A stretch of DNA of 64,000 nucleotides from Basidiobolus meristosporus CBS 931.73 (taxonomy: Eukaryota > Fungi > Basidiobolomycota). The notes under the pieces are model-generated. The model was not told the DNA's origin, did not search any database, and was given only the letters and a program-made list of their open reading frames with translations. A program made the translations under genes and the position numbers. The stretch spans positions 23,324-87,323 of the forward strand of contig MCFE01000362.1 of assembly GCA_002104905.1 (NCBI GenBank), given 5' to 3'. This document shows positions 13,237-27,156 of this stretch, piece after piece. Numbering within the stretch: position 1 is the first letter of the stretch; each line of letters opens with the position of its first letter.

Positions 13237-13418
13237 GGTTACTACGGAGAATGACTGGATGCAATGGGATCATGCACTGCGATTTTGTAGGGAATTGAGA
13301 TGATTTTTTTTGTTTTTTAGTGGCGCATTCTGATTTATGATACTCAAATTACTGCACTCCCTGACACAATGCCCATGATCTTCTAATCATCCCTCTCCTT
13401 CTTGTCAATCAAAACCCC

Positions 13419-13936
13419 TCAAAATTTGTGAGATCCTGTAGCATCAAGTCTTGCATTATATCTTTCAACTGTACCATCAGCCTTATATCTTGTCTTGAAG
13501 ACCCATCTGCATCCAATTGACTTTTGGTTGATTGGTGATTTGACAAAGTCCCAAGTTTGATTTTCCATCAGGGCCTGATACTCCTCACTCATTGCCAATC
13601 TCCAAATCTTTGTCTGGGGGCCATGCAGGGCCTCTTTTACAGCCTGGGGCTCATCAATATGGACTGAATAGGCATAGGCTAAGTTTGTACCCTTATTTAT
13701 ATAGTAATCAGCACTTTTTCTAAACAGGTTGGATCTCCTGGTTTGTGATACCAGAATGATCATTTCTTGGATATTCTTGGGCACTTATTCAGGCTGAACC
13801 ATGATTGTAGAGTCCTATGGAGTGAAAAAATTCTTGTTGCTTTGCTCCATTTCAACCCTGACTGTTGATGGACTTGAGACTGGATCATCATCATCATCTA
13901 ATGTCACTTTTTGTGAAATTTTGAGCTCCATCAAAC
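13419..13936 (-). mobile_element. Old truncated Copia (RT N-terminal part), left half of the host of the tandem insertion
   Basis: EPQAVKEAL...WRLAMSEEYQAL...IGCRWVFKTRYKADGTVERYNARL. Continues at 23344. Confidence 0.85.
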
Positions 13937-16900
13937 TGTTGTAAGAGTCTTGGAGATATTGGAAGTGATTAGGAGAACAAGTAGATTATGTGGTTTTCAC
14001 TTAATGATTTATTGAATGTAAAAGTAGTATTTATACTTTTACCTGGTCTTGGCATTACAAACACATGTAGAATAGGTTAAGGAAGGTCCCAAGAACATGT
14101 GTGCAAAGTTTGGGGCTGTTTGGACAACTTTGAGAATTTTCATGCTCTGGGTACCTGGTATTTTGGTGAAAATATTCTAAGTAAATCCCAACAAGGAATT
14201 TGGTCAGTATTCTCTAGGATATGAAGGTAATGATCTAAGTGACTAAGTTAGGTAAATATTTAGGTGGAAATACAAATTTTTACAACACTCCCACTCAGCT
14301 AAATGTTCATACTGACTAGTCCTAATTTTGACCTAAAATATTCAAACTTGTCTCTAGCTCAATGGTTTGGTAAATATGTCTGCAATCATTCCATCTGTAG
14401 GACAGTAAACTAAGCTAACTAATTTATTCTCTATAGCTTCACGTATGAAATGATGTCAAATATCTATGTGCTTGGTTCTAGCATGAAAAGTTGGATTTCT
14501 ACCTAATTGTATACATCCTTGATTATCTTGAAATAAAGTAATAGGCATTTTATGACATAGGCCTAAATCTGTAAAAAGCTTTCTTAACCACATTGCTTCT
14601 TTTGTAGCTTCACAGGCTGCCTTATAATCTGCCTCTGTGGTAGAAAGTGCTACAGTTGGTTGCTTTCTTCAGTTCCATGAAATTGCTCCTTTGCAGTAAA
14701 GAAAGGTGTATCTTGTGGTGGATCTTCTGTCTTCCAAATTTTGTCCCCAATCAGCATCAGAGTATCCCACAAGATCCTCTTCTGAATCCTTATAAGTGTA
14801 TCTTAAGCAGATATCAGCAGTTCCTTTTAGGTATCTAAAAATCTGCTTAACTGCTGCAATATGATCAGATCCATAGTACTGATTATGTTGGCTGACAACT
14901 CCCACTGAATATGAGATATCTGGACGTGTTTCAAGCATGGTATACATCAGACTGCCTACCATAGATTGCTAAGGAAAGTCAGGGCTTTCAGATGGCACCA
15001 GGCTCTCTCAATTTGGTTGAGTTTTGACCAAGTTAAGGTTTGTCTCCATTGGGGTAGCTGCCGGTTTACAGTCTTGCATTTGGCACTTCTTTAGTATATC
15101 TTGAATATACTTGGATTGGCTTAGGGTGATAGTCTGGGTACTTCTGTCTATGGAGAACTTAATTGCCTAAGTAGTATTAAGTTCTCCTAGATTGGACATC
15201 TTGAACTCCTTAGATAGGCTGGATTTTGTCTATTCCAATGTTTCTAGGTTATTGGTGGCTACAATAAGATCATCCACATATAGAGCTAATAGAACTGGAT
15301 TTGCTCTATCTGGCTTATAGTATATACTATAGTCAGCATTACTCCTTTTGAAACTCAAAGATTCCAAATAAGAATCTATCTTGCAATTCCAGGCTCTTGG
15401 TGATAGTTTGAGACCATATAGTGACTTTTTAAGCTTGCAGACCAAATGGGATTTTCTTGGTAAACAAACCCATCAGGCTGGTCCATATACATGTCCTCAT
15501 CAAGTTCTCCATTCAAAAATGCAGCTTTTACATCCATTTGATGAATAAAAACTTATATTTGGCTGCAATAGCCAATATTAATCTGATGGAATTAAACTTG
15601 GCTACCGGTGCAAAGGTCTCAGTATAGTCAAGTCCTTTTGTTTGAGAGTAATCCTTGGGCTACAAGTCTTGCTTTGTATCTTTCGATTGTACCATTAGCC
15701 TTGTATTTTGTCTTGAAGACCCATCTGCATCCAATTGATTTTCCATCAGGGTCTGATATTCCTTAGTCATTGCAGGTCTCCAAAACTTTGTCTGAGGGCT
15801 ATTTAGGGCCTCTTTTACAGTCTGGGGTTCATCAATATGGACTGAATAGGCATAGGCTAAGTTTGTACCCTCATTGATATAGTAATTTGGGCTATTTCTT
15901 GTCCAATTGGATCTCTGGCATTTGATTCTGGAATGATCACTTCTGGGATATTCCTTGGCACTGATTCTGGCTGAACCATGGTTGTAGAGTCCTCTGGAGT
16001 GAAAAAACTTCATTGTTTTGCTCTGATTCAATCCTGACAATTGGTGGATTTGAGATCAGATTTTTGTCATCTTCCAATGTAATTTTTTGTGAGAATTTTA
16101 AATTTTCATCAAACAACACATCCATGGACTTGCTTAGCTTCTTTGCCTTGGGATTGTAGAGTCTGTATGCTTTACTCTCATTGTAGTAGTCCAAAAATAT
16201 GATTTTACACTTTTTGGCTCAAATTTTGACTGATTTCCAGGCAGTTTCTTGACATATGCTCTACACCCAAATATTCTTAGATGTTCTGCACTTGGTCTAT
16301 ATCCATACCATGCTTCAAATGGAGTAGAATCACAAAGTATTCTGTTATAGCTCCTATTTTTAAGGTATACAGCAGTGGCAACTGATTCCACCCAAAAATC
16401 ATAGGATATTTTTTGATTGTGGATCATCAATCTTGCCATATCAATTATTGATCTGTTATCATGTTCTGCTACTCCATTTTGCTGTGGGGAGTATGGTACA
16501 GCAGTCTCTTGCTTTATCCCATGAATTTTGCAGAAGTGGATGAAGAGTTTTGAGGTATATTTTCCACCATTGTCAGAGTGTATTTTCTTGATTTTTTCAC
16601 CAGTTTCTCTCTCCACCATGGCTTTAAACTCCCTGAACTTAGACAGAACTTCTTCCTTTCTCTCCATGAAGTAGACCCATGTGTATCTTGTATAATCATC
16701 AGTAAAAGTGATTAAATACTTCATCCCGCCTAAGGATATATTTTGCATAGGTTCACACAGATCTGAGTTGAATTAGATCTAATTTTTGCTTAGTTTTGAT
16801 TAGCCCAGAGCTCTTGAACGGTTGTCTGGCATGTTTCCCATATATTGCAGCCTGCACAGTGCTCCAAATTAGCTGGGGGATCAATTTTCACTCCAGAAAT

Positions 16901-18591
16901 TAGCTGATCTTTGATCATTTTACGCAAATAATCAAAACTGATGTGTCCAAATCTCCTAAGCCAAAGCATTGGTGTTTCTTCATTTAAGCTTACTTATATT
17001 GGCTTCCAGATATGATGGAAGTATAAGTAAACTTGTATAGATTCTGATCTACTGATGCACAAAGCAATATGGGCACCATTTTGCTCCAGTGATCCTGCAT
17101 CCAGAATTGTCAAAACTGAAACTGAGTCCTTCTGCTGTGGCCTTGCTTACAGAGAGTAGGTTCATGGCTATTTCAGGTACATAGAGTACTTCTTTGAAAG
17201 GTCAGTGTATGGCTTCCTTCACTGCTTCTAAGGTTTACTTGATAATTCCTTTGCCCACTGCATCAAATGTTCTATTGTCACCCATGAAAACCTTCTTAAT
17301 TGGAATTTCGTTGATATTGGGTAAAAAGTTCTTTTTGGTGTGTAAAGTGTTGAGAAGCTCCAGAGTCAGTATACAACATGTCTGAGAATCCTTGTTTGTG
17401 GTCATATTTAGTGCAGATATGAGTAGTCTATCTTGAGTTGTTGCAGCATTTCCATATTCAGGCTTCTTTTGCAGATTATCTTTCTTTTTGAGACACCAGT
17501 CTGATGGGTGTCCTTTCCTTTTGCAGTAGTTACAAAACAGGTTGCTGTTGTCTTTGTAGGGTCTTGGGTACCTCCATTGTTGGTTATCATTGCTGATCAA
17601 AGCATTTTCTTCTTCCTTCTTATCTGCACTTGATTTTCTTAATTCTTCATCCAGGAGCCTTCCATATACATAATTTAAGGTCAAATCTTCAGTTCTGGAC
17701 TCTAGGGCTGATACAAGGCCCTGAAACCTGTCTGTCAGGCTATTCAGGATGGTAATTATCACAACCTCATCAGTAGTTGGTACACCCACAGATTCCATCT
17801 CATCTACCAGCATGGAGATTCTGCTAATTAGATTTTTCATTTCTTCTCCATGGCAGCATCTTTGTAGTAAAGAATCTTTGTCTCAGATACATTTTCTTGG
17901 CAGCTGAACATGACTGGTAGGTGTCTTCTGAATGCCTTCCAGGCATTTTTTGCCATTTTTGCTCTTGAGCATTGAATTAGCAATTTGTCTTTAACATTAA
18001 GGCAAATGCAGTTAAAGGCATGTTGTTCATTCTTCTAGTACTTTAAGGCTTCCTCCCCCATATTTTTAGGAGGGCATGCTTCTCCCATGACAATATCCAA
18101 AAGGCCTCTTTCTTGTAGCAGCATCTTTGTCTTCACCTTCCACACTTGGTAGTTAGATCCATCCAACTTTTCAGCAGAGAGAAAAATTCCAGTAATAGCA
18201 GTAGTACGCATAGCAGAGAGTGACAGCTTGGGGCTCATAACCTGTTGTAAGAGTCTTGGAGATATTGGAAGCAATTGGGAGAACAAGTAGATTATGTGGT
18301 GTTCACTCAATGATTAATTGAATGTAAAAGTAGTATCTATACTTTTACCTGGTCTTGGCATTACAAACACATAGAGTAGACTAAGGAAGGTCCCAAGAGC
18401 ATGTGTGCAAAGTTTGGGGCTGTTTGGACAACTTTGAGAATTTTCATGTTCTGGGTACCTGGTATTTTGGTGAAAATATTCTAAGTAAATCCCAACAAGA
18501 AATTTAGTCAGTATTCTCTAGGATATGAAGGTAATGATCTAAGTGACTAAATTAGGTGAATATTTTGGTGGAAATACAAATTTTTACAATA
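13937..18591 (-). mobile_element. Ty1/Copia family A, copy E1 (degenerate, full length)
   Basis: LTRs 18243-18591 (5') and 13937-14287 (3'), about 95% identical by eye; PBS GGTTATGAGCCC next to the 5' LTR; PPT GAGTGGGAG; fragmented gag (zinc knuckle CNYCKRKGH), integrase (HSDNGG, QNGVAE), RT (YVDD) and RNase H (YSDADWG). Confidence 0.95.
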
Positions 18592-18711
18592 CTATGGAGT
18601 GAAATTCTTGTTTTGTTGCTCTGTTTCAACCTTGACTATTGTTGGACTTGAGATTGGACCTTCATCATCATCTAATGTTGCTTTTTGTGATATTTTGAGC
18701 TTCCATTGAAC

Positions 18712-21700
18712 TGTTGTAAGAGTCTTGGAGATACTGGAAGTGATTGGGAGAACAAGTAGATTATGTGGTTTTCACTTGATGATTTATTGAATGTAAAATA
18801 GTATCTATACTTTTACCTGGTCTTGGCATTACAAACACATAGAGTAGACTAAGGAAGGTCCCAAGAACATGTGTGCAAAGTTTGGGGCTGTTTGGACAAC
18901 TTTGAGAACTTTCATGTTCTGGGTACCTGGTATTTTGGTGAAAATATTCTAAAGTAAATCCCAACAAGGAATTTGGTCAGTAATCTCTAGAGTATGAGGG
19001 TAATGATCTAAGTGACTAAGTTAGGTGAATATTTAGGTGGAATTACAAATTTTTACAACACTCCCACTCAGCTAAATGTTCATACTGACTAGTCCTAACT
19101 TTGACCTAAAATATTCAAACTTGTCTCTAGCTAAATGTTTGGTAAATATGTCTGCAATCATTCCATCTGTAGGACAGTAAACTAAGCTAACTAAGTTATT
19201 CTCTATAGCTTCACATATGAAATGATGTCCAATATCTATGTGCTTGGTTCTAGCATGAAAAGTTGGATTTCTACCTAATTGTATACATCCTTGATTATCT
19301 TGAAATAAAGTAATAGGCATTTTTTGACATAGGCCTAAATCTGTAAAAAGCTTTCTTAACCACATTGCTTCTTTTGTAGCTTCACAGGCTGCCATATACT
19401 CTGCCTCTGTGGTAGAAAGTGCTACAGTTGGTTGCTTTCTTCAGTTCCATGAAATTGCTCCTTTGCAGTAAAGAAAGGTGTATCCTGTGGTGGGTCTTCT
19501 GTCTTGCAAATTTTGTCCCCAATCAGCATCAGAGTATCCCACAAGATCCTGTTCTGAATCCTTATAATTGTATCTTAAGCAGATATCAGCAGTTCCTTTT
19601 AGGTATCTAAAAATCTGCTTAACTGCTGTAATATGATCAGATCCATAGTTCTGATTATGTTGGCTGACAACTCCCACTGAATATGAGATATCTGGACGTG
19701 TTTCAAGCATAGTATACATCAGACTGCCTATCATAGATTGCTAAGGAAAGTCAGGGCTTTCAGATGGCACCAAGCTCTCTTGATTTGGTTGAGCTTTGAC
19801 CAAGCTAAGGTTTGTCTCCATTGGGGTAGCTGCTGGTTTACAGTCATCCATTTGGTGCTTCTTTAGTATATCTTGAATATACTTGGATTGGCTTAGGGTA
19901 ATAGTCTGGGTACTTCTGTCTATGGAGAACTTAATCCCTAAGTAGTAATTAAGTTCTCCTAGATTGGACATCTTGAACTCCTTAGATAGGCTGGATTTTG
20001 TCTCTTCCAATGTTTCTAGGTTATTGGCAGCAATAATAAGATCATCCACATATAGAGCTAATAGAACTGGATTTGCTCTATCTGGCTTATAGTATATACT
20101 ATAGTCAGCATTACTCCTTTTGAAACTCAAAGATTCCAAATAAGAATCTATCTTGCAATTCCAGGCTCTTGGTGATTGTTTGAGACCATATAGTGACTTT
20201 TTAAGCTTGCAGACCAAATGGGGGTTATCTTGGTCAGCAAACCCATCAAGCTGGTTCATATACACGTCCTCATCAAGTTCTCAATTCAAAAATGCAGTTT
20301 TTACATCCATTATGATGAATAAAAACTTATATTTGGCTGTAATGGCCAATATTAATCTGATGGATTTAAACTTGGCTACTAGTGCAAAGGTCTTGGTATA
20401 GTCAAGTCCTTTAGTTTGAGAGTATCCTTGGGCTACAACTCTTGCTTTGTATCTTTCAATTGTACCATTAGCCTTGTATTTTGTCTTGAAGACCCATCTG
20501 CATCCAATTGATTTACAGTTGATTGGTAATTTGACTAAGTCCCCAGTTTGATTTTCCATCAGGGTCTGATATTCCTCAGTCATTGCAGATCTCCAAAACT
20601 TTATCTGAGGGCTATTTAGGGCCTCTTTTACAGTCTGGGGTTCATCAACATGGACTGAATAGGCATAGGCTAAGTTTGTACCCTCATTGATATAGTAATT
20701 TGGGCTATTTCTTGTCCAATTGGATCTCTGGGCATTTGATTCTGGAATGATCACTTCTGGGATATTCCTTGGCACTGATTCTGGCTGAACCATGGTTGTA
20801 GAGTCCTCTGGAGTGAAAAAACTTCATTATTTTGCTCTGATTCAATCCTGACAATTGGTGGGTTTGAGATCAGATTTTTGTCTTCTTCCAATGTCATTTT
20901 TTGCAGGAGTTTTGAATTTTCATCAAACAATGCATCCATGGACTTGATTAGCTTCTTTGCTTTGTTATTGTAGAGTCTGTATGCTTTACTCTCATTGCAG
21001 TGGCTCAAAAATATGTATTTTACACTTTTTGGCTCAGATTTGACTGATTTCCAGGCAGTTTCTTGACATATGCTGTACACCCAAATATTCTTAGATGCTC
21101 TGCACTTGGTCTGTATCCATGCCATGCTTCAAATGGAGAAGAATCACAAAGTATTCTGCTATCACTCCTATTTTTAAGATATACAGCTGTGGCAACTGAT
21201 TCCGCCCAAAAATCATAGGATAATTTTTGATTGTGGATCATAGATCTTGCCATATCAATTATTGATCTGTTGTCATGTTCTGCTACCCCATTTTGCTGTG
21301 GGCAGTATGGTACAGTAGTTTCTTGCTTTATCCCATGAATTTTACAGAAGTGGATGAAGAGTTCTGAGGTATATGTTCCACCATTGTCAGAGCGTATTTT
21401 CTTGATTTTTTCACCAGTTTCTCTCTCCAGCATGGCTTTAAGCTCCCTGAACTTAGACAGAGCTTCTTCCTTTCTCTCCATGAAGTAAACCCATGTGTGT
21501 CTTGTATAATCAGCAATAAAAGTGATGAAATACTTCATCACACCTAACAATAGACTTTGCATAGGTCCACACAGATCTGAGCGAATTAGATCTAATTTTT
21601 TCTTAGTTTTGATTAACCCAGAGCTCTTGAATGGTTGTCTGGCTTGTTTCCCATATATTCAGGCTTCACAGTGCTCCAAATTGGCAGGGGATCAATTTTT

Positions 21701-23338
21701 ACTCCAGAAATTAGCTGATATTTGATCATTTTGCGCAAATAACCAAAATTGATGAGCCCAAATCTCCTGTGCCAAAGCATTAGTGTTTCTCAATTTAAGC
21801 TACTTATATTGGCTACCAAATATGATGAAATGTAGGTCAACTTGCATAGATTCTGATCTATGATACCCAAAGTAATATGGGACCATTTTGATCAGTGATC
21901 TTGCATCCAGAATTGTCAAAGCTGAAACTGAGTTCTTCTGCAGTAGCCTTGCTTACAGATAGTAGGTTCTTGGCTATATCTGGTACATAGAGTACTTGTT
22001 TGAAAGTCAGTGTATGGCTTTGTTCACTGCTTCTGAGGTTTACTTGGATAGCTCCTTCTCCCACTGCATCAAGTGTTCTGTTATCACCCATGAAAACCTT
22101 GTTAATTGGAATTTCTTGATATTGGGTAAAAAGTTCTTTTTGGTATTTAAAGTGTTGAGATGCTCCAGAGTCAGTATACCACTTCTGAGAATCCTTGTTT
22201 GTGGTCATATTTAGTGCAGACATGAATAGTCTATCTTCAGTTGTTGCAGCATTTCCATATTCAGGCTTCTTTTGCTGATTATCTTTCTTTTTGAGACACC
22301 TGGTCTGAAGTGTGTCCTTTCCTCCTTAGTTGACTATCATTGCTTATTAAAGCATTATCTTCTGCCTTCTTATTTGCACTTGATTTTCTTAATTCTTCAT
22401 CCAGGAGCCTTCCATATACATAATTTAAGGTCAAATCTTCAGTTCTGGACTCTAGGGCTGATACAAGGCCCTGAAACCTGTCTTTCAGGCTATTCAGGAT
22501 GGTAATTATCACAACCTCATCAGTAGTTGGTACACCCACAGATTCCATCTCATCAACCAGCAGGGAGATTCTGCTAATTAGATTTTTCATTTCTTCTCCT
22601 GGCAGCATCTTTGTAGTAAAGAATCTTTGTCTCAGATATATTTTCTTAGCAGCTGAACATGACTGGTAGGTGTCTTCTAATGCTTTCCAGGCATTCTTTG
22701 CCATTTTGCTCTTGAGCATTGAATTAGCAATTTATCTTTAACATTAAGGCAAATGCAGTTAAAGGCATGTTGTCCATTCTTCTGGTACTTTAAGGCTTCC
22801 TCCCCCACATTTTTAGGAGGGCATGCTTCTCCCATGACAATATCCCAAAGGCCTCTTTCTTGTAGCAGCATCTTCATCTTCACCTTCCACACTAGGTAGT
22901 TAGATCCATCCAGCTTTTCAGCAGAGGGAAAAGTTCCAGTAGTAGCAGTAGTAGACATTGCAGAGAGTGACAGCTTGGGGCTCATAACCTGTTGTAAGAG
23001 TCTTGGTGATATTGGAAGTGATTGGGAGAACAAGTATATTATGTGGTGTTCACTTAATGATTAATTGAATGTAAAAGTAGTATCTATACTTTTACCTGGT
23101 CTTGGCATTACAAACACGTAAAATAGATTAAGGAAGGTCCCAAGAGCATATGTGCAAAGCTTGGGGCTGTTTGGACAACTTGGAGAATTTTCATGTTCTG
23201 GTTACCTGGAATTTTGGTGAAAATATTTTAAGTAAATGCCAACAAGGAATTTGGTGAGTATTCTCTAGAGTTTGAGGGTAAAGATTTAGGTGACTAAGTT
23301 AGATGAATATTTAGGTGGAATTACAAATTTTTACAGCA
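18712..23338 (-). mobile_element. Ty1/Copia family A, copy E2 (degenerate, full length)
   Basis: LTRs 22990-23338 (5') and 18712-19060 (3'); same PBS and PPT; gag-pol fragments in the ORF track; followed by CAAAC (23339-23343), matching 13932-13936. Confidence 0.95.
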
Positions 23339-23343
23339 CAAAC

Positions 23344-23945
23344 AACATGTACATAGACTTGATCAACTGCTTTGCCTTGATATTGTAGAGTGTGTATATC
23401 TAACTTTTATTGCAGTAGCCTAAAAATATACATTTTATACTTTTTGGCTCAAAGTATGACTGATTTCCACACAGTTTCTTGCCATATGCTGTACACCCAA
23501 ATATTCTTAGATATTCTGTACTTGTTCTGTATCCATTCCATGCCTCAAGTGGAGTAGAATCACAAAGTATTCTGCCATAACTCTTATTTTTGAGATATAG
23601 AGCTGCAGCAACTGATTCTGCCTAGAAAATAATAGCATAATTTCTGATCAAGGATCACAGATCTTGCCTTATATGATCTATTTGCATATTCTGCCACTCC
23701 ATTTTTGCTGTGGGAAATATGGTACAGTAGCCTCTTGCTTTATCCCTTGAATTTTGCCAAAGTGATTGAAATGCTCCGGGGTATATTCTCCACCATTGTC
23801 AAAGCGTATTTCCTTGATTTTTCCCCAGTTTCTCTCTCCACCTTGGCTTTAAACTCCCTGAACTTAGACAGAGCTTCTTACTTTCTTCCCATGAAGTAGA
23901 CCCAGGTGTATCTTGCAAAGCCATTAATCAACGTGACTAAATAAT
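23344..23945 (-). mobile_element. Old truncated Copia (integrase part), right half of the host
   Basis: Collinear with the Copia-A integrase region; cut at 23945 by a CCCTATG terminus. Confidence 0.8.
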
Positions 23946-24712
23946 CCCTATGAGAAAAAATTGTGATTATCCCAATGAAATGCTGTCAGAGTTAATATCC
24001 TGTGACTGAAGGGTATTTATGCCATTAAGACACCATGCAAAAGCTTTTAAAAAAAGCGCACCTCATATATCACAAAAAACTTGATCAAAATTCCTCACCG
24101 CAACAATAGCAATGTGGCTTTTGATTGGTTCTTAGCCAATTCTCTCACTTTCTGATCCTGGACACTCAGCCACCTCCAACAGTTGTGAACATTGATTGCC
24201 TAATGCCTCTATTTCACACCCTTACTTCCTGAGTTGGCCAATCCTCTTGCCTTACATGCATACAAATTGGTTTTTTTCTGTCAAATATCCAGTTGTTAAT
24301 CAACTATAGATTTTACTAAACCCATAGAAGTCCCCATACCCAATACTAACATCAAGGTCAACCTCACACTTAACAAGTAACTCCATTAAGCTCTGCCATT
24401 CAATAAGTGCTTCCTCCATGATGTTCTTTGCCAATGACTTTGGTGGGTACCCTAGGAATCTGTGCCATTGTCCATTAGCCAGTTCCCACATATTCTGGTC
24501 TGCAGCCTTATGGTATGCCTGTTAATGTACAAAAGTTTTGCTGCAGGTATTATGATGGTTCTCTGATATTTGAACATCAATGCTTTGCCTGTCAGTAGAA
24601 TCTCCACACTGACTACAATGGTGGATGTAGAGGCTGCGGCAGAAATCTTGCCTTTCTCTGCAAACTCATCACCTCACTGCAGTGTAGCGCAACCGGCTGT
24701 TTTACCAACACA
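23946..24712 (-). mobile_element. CACTA-like family: terminus plus C-terminal part of the second ORF
   Basis: Begins CCCTATGAGAAAAAATT; MWELANGQWHRFLGYPPK...LMELLVKCEVDL is homologous to ORF 50745-51080. Confidence 0.7.
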
Positions 24713-27155
24713 TCCTATAAGAAATAATATGGCCCCACAGGTAAATCCAATCCAGATCAGCCATCAAGATCCCATCAGGAGACCGCTATAATACCAGCAG
24801 CCTGGAATTCATGATCATCTACATAATTAGATGACAGGATCACAACAGCATTTGCTAATTTACAGCCAAATTAAGTTGAAAAACATTCTGGTGTTTGTAT
24901 GCTGTTTTGCCATGGGTGGCATGGCATTGTTGCAGTCTTAGTGCACTATACAACTATTCAAGTAGATCTAACCAGCCAGTACATCCAATTGCCTTATATT
25001 GCAAAAAACTTGAAGGTATTTGACAGCCTCATTGCAAGCCTCTGATTGTATTATCATGGCAATATGGCAGCCTACAGCTAGTTCTATACAATGCTGCTGT
25101 ACCAATCAACCAAACAGTATTTGCTTTCTCTACCTCCCCTTGTGCCATTCATATATTTCACTGTAGAATTGCCCCTCTCTATTTGCTCACCCACCACTAC
25201 ATTGGGTATTCCACATATAGTTCAAATCAGAAAAACTATGGCCTTCTGCTTACTAACCACTTCAAGTGTGCACACCTGCTGCAATTGCATACTTCTATCA
25301 CCTCAACGTTATGGCTTCTTAGTGTGATACCTGCAAAGTTGCCATATACCTTGTATTGCTGGTAACATATACATCTTGAATTGTAGTCCCCTTATAGGTG
25401 CACTCTGGCTCTTGTTTGTGTGAACTCCATATTGAGTGGTGTAGAAATTGGCTTGTGACCATGAGAAATCTGGCATACCTTGGTAGAGTCTTGCTAATCA
25501 AAATTAGTTGCTTGTTGCACCCAGCCCAGCTTTGCTTTACTTAACTGATTACCCATACATTGGGGCTGCTTAGCTTCTTAATGCCATAGGCATAGGTGTC
25601 TCCATTTGACATCTGTTCTCAGTAGTTTCCAACTCTTCCAAGCTGTCCTCATGTGCCAACTCATCACATCCATACCAGGCTTGAAGGTAGTATTCTTGAT
25701 GAGAATGGGATATAGTAGTACCTGCAACTTAACTCATCTTTCTATCCCCCCACACATCTGCACCACAGGAAACTCCCAAAAGGTGAAGCATGGTCCAATA
25801 TTCTCAGCACACTAAGCAAGATGGAGTAGAGAATGGATAGAGTAGCAGCATAGATCCATACATTCAGCTTTATGTTTGTAGTAAAGCTACTCAAATCCCT
25901 TCACAAACTTGTTGCACAATAGCTGTAGATGTGCCAAGCTGGCATTGGTGATCCACTTCTGGATAAATTTTCCAACAATGTCTACATATGAATCCCAATG
26001 GCTCCAATGAACACTTAGTAGAAATTGCTTCAGATGGCTACTTGAATAAATACATATCCAGTTCATTCCATCCTTGCACATGTAGTGTCCCATATGTATA
26101 TGAGTGTTGATTGGAGCCCCTAGGAAGTACTTGGGGTAGCAGATCCTCTGTAATATCTTACCAATTCTTTGAAATCTCTCCGGTATCTTAAAGGCCTCAT
26201 TTAGCTTGAAATGCCCCATGTACAACTTGGTCATTGGTATAGGGATACTGTTGAAAAGCAAATGCATTGCTCCCAGTGGAAAGCTTTTGCTCCAACATAT
26301 ACCCTTTATCTTAAGTATCTTGGTTCTCCAATTAATTCCATATTCTGGCCAATGGCTTTTAGCTTGCCAACTTTGCTGCAATTGCATGCTGACTTCTGTA
26401 GGTTCTGTCTGTGGAGAGATGATGCTCTTAGTCTTTGTGTTTGGGCAATAATGATGTGTGTGAGTTATGGAGTAAGTCCCCTGGATCTCACACATTTGAT
26501 AGCAATATTGTCCATTATGCCCAGAAAAGCCAGCCATCTTGCTGATGGCTGGAGTATCTCCAATGCAGATAATAACATGCGCATTGATGTGACAGCCATT
26601 TACTGTTATCCTGCATGGAAAGCATACAAAACTCATCCAGCAATGGATACAGGTAGCTATCCAGGTTGGGTGGTGATTTAGGCCCAGATACCAGTGAGAC
26701 CACCATCAGATTTTGGCTCTGATACCGTAAGATAAGGAGCCAATTCAGGTTGATGAGAATAGGTGGTCAGCAGGATTTGCTGGTAATGTACTTGTTTAAC
26801 AAGAATCCATCATGCACCAAGGCAAAGGCATGGTCATACATACCTTCAAAGTAGCCCTGCTTCTTAGCTTCTTGTATAATTGCCATCAAATATATCTGAT
26901 ATGTTTGCTCTTGATTGATACTGAGTGCGGTACCTTATAGCTTTGCAATATTTGTTGGACTGCATCAGCTTCTTCAGATGGAGTGTTACCAGAATATATC
27001 TGGAGTGTGAACAATGTTTCCCCCCCCCCCAAATGGTGAGAATTCCTGCAAAGTTGGATACCTTGCAATAGTGGCATTTTCTGATGTGAATGCCATGCAA
27101 CTGTTAACACATGCTGGTATCAGGATGGTCTCTGGGTCATATGTTGCCAGCTGCA
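24713..27155 (-). mobile_element. CACTA/EnSpm-like Tnp2 (Transposase_21) pseudogene with opposite terminus
   Basis: VSGPKSPPNLDSYLYPLLDEF, IGDTPAISKMAGFSGHNG, FPLGAMHLLF; degenerate terminus TCCTATAAGAAATAAT at 24713. Confidence 0.8.
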
Positions 27156-27156
27156 C

